Positions 57,379-64,000 of a stretch of 64,000 bases of DNA are shown here, piece after piece. Position numbers and translations under genes: made by a program. Below the pieces are notes generated by a model. The model did no database searches, was not told the DNA's origin, and saw only the letters and a program-made list of their open reading frames with translations. Source of the DNA: Calditrichia bacterium (GTDB taxonomy: Bacteria > Calditrichota > Calditrichia > RBG-13-44-9 > J075); the NCBI GenBank assembly GCA_050633245.1, contig JBOEGD010000024.1, positions 351,513 to 415,512 of the forward strand, in the 5' to 3' direction. Position 1 is the first letter of the stretch. Each line of letters starts with the position of its first letter.

Positions 57379-58659
57379 ATGGTGGACTACATCTATCGAG
57401 AGCTGAAAAACGTGGCTCGGGTGACTCTTCTGGTGAATGCTCTCTTTTTGTTTGCTGCATTGGAAGTAAATGCGCAAGTTGATACCCTGGCGGTATATGA
57501 TGTGCATAGCACCCAGGTAAACTTCATTGCTCCTTCTGTATTTGATACGACTGTAGCTTTTGATAATACGGATGCGGAACCGGGGGCTTTCCCCGGATTT
57601 ACGCAATTGGAAACAACGCCCCCCGCTATAACTCCGCCGAACTCCGGTTTCACGGATCTGCTGCCGACTCATGGTCTGTTCAATCGTAGGGACTATCCTA
57701 TTCGCACGGCAGTAAAGCTTTTCAAATACGAAAGTGATACGCTTGCACATCTTTGTACCGGCTTAATGGTAAGTGAAGGTTTAGTTTTAACCTCCGCGCA
57801 CTGTCTTGCTTTTAATCTTGATACAACCGGGGTCAGAATTTTTGTAGATAGTGTAAGAGCCATGCCGGCATTTGATAATGGAATTGAAGATCAACAATTC
57901 AAGAGTAGTGTCAGCACGAAATACTATCTTCCCAAAAGTTGGTATGACGGAAGCGGAGTTGATGATATTGCTCTCATTGCACTCGACAAGCCGCTTGGAT
58001 TACAGACAGGATGGATTGGCATCGCATTTAGCGAGGACACCAGCTTTTTTCAAAACAGTGTTTTTCACAAATTGAGTTATCCCGCAGCTGTCGATCCGTC
58101 CGATCCGACCCGGATTTTCAACGGTGATACGCTCTACTATAACTATGGAACGTTAGATGAGATTAATGACAGGTTTTTGGGGTTTAATCTAACCGGAATT
58201 ACAGGACAAAGCGGTAGCCCGCTAATATACACTGACAATTCGGTATACTATACTTTAGGTGTTCTAAATTGGGCTTTTCGGTCTCGCCATTATCGCATAA
58301 ATAGAGGTATGTTTTATGCACTTAAGAGCATTGTAGATGATATTTCAACCGGTCTGGATGAACCTGAAGATATGCTCCCGGAGGCTTTTTCCATCTCGCA
58401 GAACTATCCAAATCCGTTCAATCCGGCAACGCGATTTGACGTGGCAGTTGCTACTGATAGTGATGTTGAAATTGCTGTGTACAATATCGTGGGGCAACGC
58501 GTTGCATGGCTACAGCGCGGCAGCCTTGGCGCGGGACACTACACCTACGAATGGCAAGGCGAAACATCTGTTGGCGTTCCAGCTGCTTCAGGTATCTATT
58601 TTATTCGCATGACGGCTGCTAACTATACAAAACATATCAAGGCAATATTACTGCGGTAG
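57379..58659 (+). CDS. Trypsin-like (V8/glutamyl-endopeptidase-type) serine protease with sorting domain
   Basis: Catalytic motifs LTSAHC, DDIAL, GQSGSP; CTD. Confidence 0.88.
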   Translation: MVDYIYRELKNVARVTLLVNALFLFAALEVNAQVDTLAVYDVHSTQVNFIAPSVFDTTVAFDNTDAEPGAFPGFTQLETTPPAITPPNSGFTDLLPTHGLFNRRDYPIRTAVKLFKYESDTLAHLCTGLMVSEGLVLTSAHCLAFNLDTTGVRIFVDSVRAMPAFDNGIEDQQFKSSVSTKYYLPKSWYDGSGVDDIALIALDKPLGLQTGWIGIAFSEDTSFFQNSVFHKLSYPAAVDPSDPTRIFNGDTLYYNYGTLDEINDRFLGFNLTGITGQSGSPLIYTDNSVYYTLGVLNWAFRSRHYRINRGMFYALKSIVDDISTGLDEPEDMLPEAFSISQNYPNPFNPATRFDVAVATDSDVEIAVYNIVGQRVAWLQRGSLGAGHYTYEWQGETSVGVPAASGIYFIRMTAANYTKHIKAILLR

Positions 58660-58707
58660 AACAGGTTAAATCCGAAACCTCGAGCGCGTGATGCCGTATA
58701 AGCCTTT

Positions 58708-59562
58708 ATGGGTTATCACAAAATAGAACCTCTCGAACGTTTGCGCCCTTACGTTGAGAGCATTTGGATACAGGAAGATCTTCGCGATGCTTCTAAAGAG
58801 GCATTTGCTCCAACGACTATTATTCCCACTACTCGCATTGACATGTTGTTTTTTTATCGCGATCCTTTTTGGGATGTGAATGGAAACGCGAAAACAGTTT
58901 TCCCCCGTTTCTTTCTCCTGGGGCAGAAGACAAAGCCCAATCAAGTTGCCGCAAGCGGCCAAACCGGAGTGATCATCTTCAGCTTTAAACCTTGCGGTGC
59001 ATTTCCCTTTTTTAAACTGCCTCTTAATGAATGTATAGACCAATCGATTCCGCTTCGTGATATCGTGAAGCCGGAACGGATATGTCGTATTGAAGATCAG
59101 GTCTTGCATGCAGCCTCTTGTTTTGAAAAGGTTGTTATCCTGCAAAATTTCCTTGTAGATCAACTGGAAGAGAATGTTTTTGACGTGCAGATATTGCGCT
59201 CGGCGCATCAGATTAACCAGCAAATGGGTAGTGTGCAAATTGATGGTCTTGCACGTTCTGTCTGTTTAGGACGGCGTCAATACGAACGTCGCTTTCGACA
59301 ATCGATTGGCATGAGTCCGCAAAAATTTGCCAGCGTTATTCGTTTTCAGAAAGCGTTGTTAATGCAGCAACAAGGTTGGCATTGGGCCGATATTATTGAT
59401 GCCTGTGGTTACTACGACCAGTCTCATTTTATAAAGGAAATTAAAACCTATAGCGGATTATCTCCGCGCCGAATTCTCACTGAACCGCAACCTACTCGCC
59501 TGAAATCTTACTTCAACAATGCCCCTGGAATGTCGCAATTTTACAATACTTTGTACTTATAG
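58708..59562 (+). CDS. AraC-family regulator (DUF6597-like N-terminus)
   Basis: LRPYVESIW, RQYERRFRQSIGMSPQKF, GYYDQSHFIKE. Confidence 0.92.
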   Translation: MGYHKIEPLERLRPYVESIWIQEDLRDASKEAFAPTTIIPTTRIDMLFFYRDPFWDVNGNAKTVFPRFFLLGQKTKPNQVAASGQTGVIIFSFKPCGAFPFFKLPLNECIDQSIPLRDIVKPERICRIEDQVLHAASCFEKVVILQNFLVDQLEENVFDVQILRSAHQINQQMGSVQIDGLARSVCLGRRQYERRFRQSIGMSPQKFASVIRFQKALLMQQQGWHWADIIDACGYYDQSHFIKEIKTYSGLSPRRILTEPQPTRLKSYFNNAPGMSQFYNTLYL

Positions 59563-59580
59563 ATCTACAGATTGCAGCAA

Positions 59581-59648
59581 TGTCCATTTGCCAATTGTCA
59601 TTGTCCAATTGTCATTGTCCAATTGTCATTGTCAATTGTTCACCGTTC
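59581..59648. repeat. Short tandem repeat (CCAATTGTCATTGT)~3 plus TTCAC tail
   Basis: Read directly in the araC-downstream gene spacer. Confidence 0.75.
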
Positions 59649-59662
59649 ATCCAGGAGGCCTA

Positions 59663-60793
59663 ATGCGCCGATTCACACAACTCTTATTTACGCTATGCCT
59701 GATGTTTGGCAGCCTCAACGCTGATCCGGTTACGATTGACGCCCAAAACTGGGACATCTCCGGCAAAGAAAATGGCGTAGTGCAACATCTGGGGCGCACT
59801 GCCTTTGAATTGAAAGCAGGCAGAGCGGTTCACAAAACGATGACGTTTGAAAATGGTATCATCGAGTTTGATGTGTCTTTTCCAGCCGCTAGAAATTTTG
59901 TTGGCGTTATGTGGCGCATGCAGGATGGCGGCAATTTCGAAGAGTTTTATATGCGTCCGCACCAGTCTGGTAAAGGAGATGCAAATCAGTATACTCCAGT
60001 GTTTAACGGCAACTCCGGTTGGCAGCTTTATCATGGTGAGGGGTATGCCGCGCCGACTGAATATGTATTCGACAAGTGGATGCCAGTCAAAATTGTGGTT
60101 GCCGGAAATCGCGCAGCTGTCTACATCAAAGACATGCAGAAGCCGGCGTTTACCACTCATGAATTCAAGCGCAAAAGCGCTACCGGGCAGATCGGTTTCA
60201 AATCAGGGCCATTTGCCAAAGCGTATATCTCAAATGTTCGCGTCACATCAAATGTTGCTCCAAAATTGAGTGGAGACATGCCGACTATCGAGCCTGCACC
60301 GACGCACACGATAATGTCTTATCAAGTGTCGACTCATTTCCCGGAGAGCCGCTTGGAAAACGTCACCAAGTTGGAAGATAAATACAAAAATAACGTTGAA
60401 TGGCAGGAGCTTAGCTGCGAAGCAAATGGTACTGCCAATCTTTCACGCGTGCAAACGCATCGTGGTGATAATAATACTGCTTTTGTGAAAGTGACTATTG
60501 AATCGGCCGGGGAACAGCTTAAAAAGCTGCGGTTTGGCTATAGCGACCGGGTGCGAGTTTATATTAACGATGCCCTTGTTTATAGCGGCAATAACGCCTA
60601 TCGATCCCGCGACTTTCGCTATCTAGGCACAATAGGACTCTTCGATGCTATATATTTGCCACTACAGAAGGGAAAAAATGAAGTGCTCTTTGCAGTATCG
60701 GAAACTTTTGGTGGCTGGGGTATTCTGTCGCAACTGGAAGAAGTTAAGGGCATTCAGGTGAGCAATCGACTGCAGTCAGCTGTAGAAAAATAA
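59663..60793 (+). CDS. Secreted DUF1080/concanavalin-like hypothetical protein
   Basis: AGGAGG RBS, signal peptide, FENGIIEFDV, EEFYMRPHQSG, WQLYHGEG. Confidence 0.7.
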   Translation: MRRFTQLLFTLCLMFGSLNADPVTIDAQNWDISGKENGVVQHLGRTAFELKAGRAVHKTMTFENGIIEFDVSFPAARNFVGVMWRMQDGGNFEEFYMRPHQSGKGDANQYTPVFNGNSGWQLYHGEGYAAPTEYVFDKWMPVKIVVAGNRAAVYIKDMQKPAFTTHEFKRKSATGQIGFKSGPFAKAYISNVRVTSNVAPKLSGDMPTIEPAPTHTIMSYQVSTHFPESRLENVTKLEDKYKNNVEWQELSCEANGTANLSRVQTHRGDNNTAFVKVTIESAGEQLKKLRFGYSDRVRVYINDALVYSGNNAYRSRDFRYLGTIGLFDAIYLPLQKGKNEVLFAVSETFGGWGILSQLEEVKGIQVSNRLQSAVEK

Positions 60794-60919
60794 CTCTGGA
60801 TTTTAAACAGATTGTAATTTGCTCGCCCGTAACGAGCCTAAAGTGGCATCGAAGTGCGACGACAATTAGTAATAGAACGTATTAATAGATGAAAAACTGC
60901 TTAACAGGGAAGTTATGCG

Positions 60920-63703
60920 ATGTCATCACCAGCCAAAAATCCGTCACAAAATACACTCCTTAAATCCAAAGAACTTATATTTTTGGTATTCTGCCTGATC
61001 ATCATTGTTTGTGGCTCCCTTTACTATATTCAAGGTCGCGTTGCTATCGAAGCGAACGAGAGCGAATCGATGCGGCATGTACAGCAAATTGGTTTGCAGA
61101 TCCGGCAGCAAATTTCCTCCAGAGTCTCACCTGCAATTATTCGAACAAATAAGCTAAGTGTAAATTCGCAGCTTATCAACGGACTCAAGTCGGGCGATAA
61201 AACCTTATTGACAAACTTGGCGAACAGAGAGATTACGGATGCCACCGAGATAGACGTTATCGCGTTATTTGACAATAAAAGCAACATTGTTGCTATCAAT
61301 ACAGTGATGACCGATAGCCTGGTGTTCGAGCCGCAGAAGGTCGATGAGATCCTCAAACTGTCATTTTTAGAAAGAGAGATAATCACTTCCTGTCTCACAA
61401 ACAATATTGAGGAGGCCTCACTTGAATTTCAGACTCAGTGCGACTTTACACCAATTTTATTCAACAGCAGTGGATTGTCAGTAGCCTATTCTACACCGGT
61501 TATTGATAACAAAACGGGGGAAAATGTTGGCGTTATTAGTACTAGAATTCGCTTTGAGCGCCTAACCGATATTCTTCGCAACGGTAACTTTACTGATTTA
61601 GGTAGCGAGGTCTATTTTGTTGGTGACAATGGAAACTATTTCTCTGAAGAGATCAATAGTAGAAGCATTCAGCCGCCGATTTCTGAACAACAGGTAGCGA
61701 ACTTTATGGCTCAACAGAGTTTTCGAAACAATAACCAGCTGAGTTTGCTGCATGGCGATAAATATATGAACCTGTTTAGCTTGAGCGACCTGGAAACCAT
61801 TGAAAACGGCAATATTCACGTGATGGTAATTGCGGACAAGGGATTCGTAGAAGCCACCCTGTGGAGAAAATATTTGTTGAATTTGGCCGGACTTCTGCTA
61901 TTGCTGGGGCTTGTAATCGGCTTCTTCCTACAGTGGCGAAATTCAAATAAGCTCAGAAGTGCAAACAAAGCAATAGAACATGCGCGTCAGGCTGCTGAAT
62001 ATCATGCTACACTATTGGAAAAACAGACCGAGGAGTTGCGCACCGCAAATGCCCTTGCACTCGAAGCGACCCGGGTAAAGAGTGAGTTCCTTGCCAATAT
62101 GAGTCATGAAATAAGGACACCTTTGAACGGGGTAATTGGTATGGCCAGCCTCCTGGTTGATACGAAGCTGGACAAGGAGCAGGCTGAATACGCTCATACC
62201 ATTAACTATAGTGCTGAGGCACTGCTGCGGTTAATTAATGACATACTTGATTTTTCCAAGATCGAAGCGGGCAAGCTGGACCTTGAGGTTATTCGCTTCA
62301 AACCTGTTGCAATACTTGAGGAGGTTATGAATATCCTTGGCTTAAAGGCAGAACAAAAAGAGCTGGAGCTAATGTTCTTAGTTGCACCGGAAATCCCCAC
62401 ATCTCTAATGGGAGATCCGGAACGCCTGCGTCAGATTCTTATTAATCTCTGCAATAATGCTCTGAAGTTTACCAGACAGGGTGAGGTCGTTATTTCAATC
62501 GAACCAGTTGCAGAAATCGGCAATTCACTCGAAGTAAAATTCACCGTAAGGGATACAGGTATTGGAATTCCCGCGGAAAAAGTGAGCAATCTATTTGAGA
62601 GCTTTTCGCAGGTTGACAGCTCCACTACTCGTCACTATGGCGGAACAGGACTTGGGTTGGCGATAAGCAAAAACCTTTCCCGGTTGATGGGTGGGAATAT
62701 TGGGGTTGAAAGTGTTGAGGGTGAAGGATCTGCCTTTTGGTTCACAGCAGTATTTCAAAGGTGCGAGGACGACCAGGCAGACCAGGATTGTGCGTTACCA
62801 CTGCTCCTTGATAGCTATTCGATGGGTGATAAGCGAATTTTGATTGTCGATGATTGTCATTCTCAGCGCAATATAATTGGAAAATATTGTAAATCATGGG
62901 ATATCCCTTTCGATACTGCTGATTCCGGGGACGCTGCCATGGAAAAGTTGATTGCAGCAGAAAAAGAATCCAGACCCTTTGAGCTTGCGATTATTGACTG
63001 GAAAATGCCGCAAATGGATGGCATTAGTTTAGTGAAGTTGATAAAGTCTTCGGAGCAGTTAAAGACGACTAAAGTTATTATGATGACGTCGATTGACAAG
63101 AGCAGTTTTAAGCAGCAGGTTGCAGATTTGAACTTGGAGAGTTTTCTTAGCAAGCCGATTAGCCCCTCAGTTCTCTTTGATAACATTGCTGTTAGTTTTG
63201 GGCGAGTGGAATCTGAGCAGGCAGAAGTTCAACAGGCAATGCAGACGTTTCAGCAATCGCACCCCGAAGAGCCGGGTCAGACTCCGGAAAAAAGAATTCT
63301 TGTAGTTGAAGACAATCGGGTGAATCAACGTGTGGCGACGCGCATGATCAATAAGTTAGGTTACCATGTGGATTGCACTGAGAATGGTCAGGAAGCGGTG
63401 GAAGCTTTTCAGGCGGAGCATTACGATTTGATCTTCATGGATTGCCACATGCCGTTAATGGATGGTTATCAGGCCACTGCGGCCATACGTGCACTAGGTT
63501 GGAAAGGCAAGGAAGTTCCTATTATCGCCATGACGGCCAATGCGTTGAATGGTGAACGCGAAAAGTGTATTTCTGCGGGTATGGACGACTATCTTTCCAA
63601 GCCGGTGAAAGCGGTTTTGGTTGCCGCTATGCTTGAGCGTTGGATACCTGACGACTCTCAAGCTAAAGATAATAATCGTGCGGGTAGCGTGCAGCGATCC
63701 TGA
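60920..63703 (+). CDS. Hybrid histidine kinase (periplasmic Cache-like sensor, HisKA, HATPase, two receiver domains)
   Basis: [33 protein letters not shown], two REC domains (DWKMP, DCHMP). Confidence 0.95.
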   Translation: MSSPAKNPSQNTLLKSKELIFLVFCLIIIVCGSLYYIQGRVAIEANESESMRHVQQIGLQIRQQISSRVSPAIIRTNKLSVNSQLINGLKSGDKTLLTNLANREITDATEIDVIALFDNKSNIVAINTVMTDSLVFEPQKVDEILKLSFLEREIITSCLTNNIEEASLEFQTQCDFTPILFNSSGLSVAYSTPVIDNKTGENVGVISTRIRFERLTDILRNGNFTDLGSEVYFVGDNGNYFSEEINSRSIQPPISEQQVANFMAQQSFRNNNQLSLLHGDKYMNLFSLSDLETIENGNIHVMVIADKGFVEATLWRKYLLNLAGLLLLLGLVIGFFLQWRNSNKLRSANKAIEHARQAAEYHATLLEKQTEELRTANALALEATRVKSEFLANMSHEIRTPLNGVIGMASLLVDTKLDKEQAEYAHTINYSAEALLRLINDILDFSKIEAGKLDLEVIRFKPVAILEEVMNILGLKAEQKELELMFLVAPEIPTSLMGDPERLRQILINLCNNALKFTRQGEVVISIEPVAEIGNSLEVKFTVRDTGIGIPAEKVSNLFESFSQVDSSTTRHYGGTGLGLAISKNLSRLMGGNIGVESVEGEGSAFWFTAVFQRCEDDQADQDCALPLLLDSYSMGDKRILIVDDCHSQRNIIGKYCKSWDIPFDTADSGDAAMEKLIAAEKESRPFELAIIDWKMPQMDGISLVKLIKSSEQLKTTKVIMMTSIDKSSFKQQVADLNLESFLSKPISPSVLFDNIAVSFGRVESEQAEVQQAMQTFQQSHPEEPGQTPEKRILVVEDNRVNQRVATRMINKLGYHVDCTENGQEAVEAFQAEHYDLIFMDCHMPLMDGYQATAAIRALGWKGKEVPIIAMTANALNGEREKCISAGMDDYLSKPVKAVLVAAMLERWIPDDSQAKDNNRAGSVQRS

Positions 63704-63790
63704 ACCGGAGCAGAATACTCGTTCGCGACAAAAAATGCTTTTTTGATGTAAGAGATGTGGTTATATTAGCCCTCTCAAAACCATTTCCAT

Positions 63791-63875
63791 GCCCGGGTGG
63801 CGGAATTGGTAGACGCAAGGGACTTAAAATCCCTCGGAGTAATACTCCGTGCCGGTTCGAGTCCGGCCCCGGGTA
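63791..63875 (+). tRNA. tRNA-Leu(TAA)
   Basis: GCCCGGG/CCCGGGT acceptor, AGGGA-CTTAAAA-TCCCT anticodon arm, long variable arm, GCCGG-TTCGAGT-CCGGC T arm, A73. Confidence 0.96.
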
Positions 63876-63895
63876 CTCAGTAAAAACAATAGTTT

Positions 63896-63935
63896 AGGGC
63901 TGGTTGAAATTTGATTCAACCAGCCCTTTGTTTTT
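63896..63935 (+). terminator. Intrinsic terminator after tRNA-Leu
   Basis: AGGGCTGGTTGAA...TTCAACCAGCCCT followed by TTGTTTTT. Confidence 0.8.
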
Positions 63936-64000
63936 AATAAGTCAGCAATAAGTCAGCATACTATGCTGGAATTACTTTATGTAAGTCGTCAAAATCTCCC

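Noticed and set aside
52700-58659. Diversity-generating retroelement TR/VR pair
   Set aside because: No reverse transcriptase is present, and the differences between CTD copies are mostly third-position and not adenine-specific.

Overview
Chromosomal window from a Gram-negative bacterium. It probably belongs to the FCB/Calditrichota-like group (inferred from seven complete secreted proteins ending in an N[YF]PNPFNP...K.[MI][IL]LL[RK] T9SS-type/FlgD-Ig sorting domain, plus hprK with PTS EIIA and a clade II nosZ). Contents in order: a partial secreted protein; an operon joining an Rsb-type partner switch (GAF-PP2C, anti-sigma kinase, STAS) to an Mce/Mla ABC transporter; two tandem paralogous secreted proteins; a di-haem peroxidase; a PQQ-propeller/TPR/CBM20 protein; hprK-EIIA; tRNA-Gly(GCC) and a diverged tRNA-Gly(TCC); a BNR-repeat protein; a Spy/CpxP two-component module; convergent xylA/xylB; an Rrf2-headed clade II N2O reductase cluster; a TAT-exported nitroreductase-like protein; a LytS/LytTR module; a Ser/Thr kinase operon ending in a ~2160-aa FG-GAP/Ig protein; an array of genes sharing one sorting domain; a hybrid histidine kinase; and tRNA-Leu(TAA) with a possible att end. 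The most notable observations are a tRNA-Gly duplicate with weak-EF-Tu T-stem pairs, an in-frame STAS/TAA/MlaE junction implying a CUG start, the uncharacterised kinase-to-adhesin operon, polarised REP-like palindrome arrays, and a four-member family of unknown secreted proteins. All calls come from reading motifs by eye; no database searches were run.
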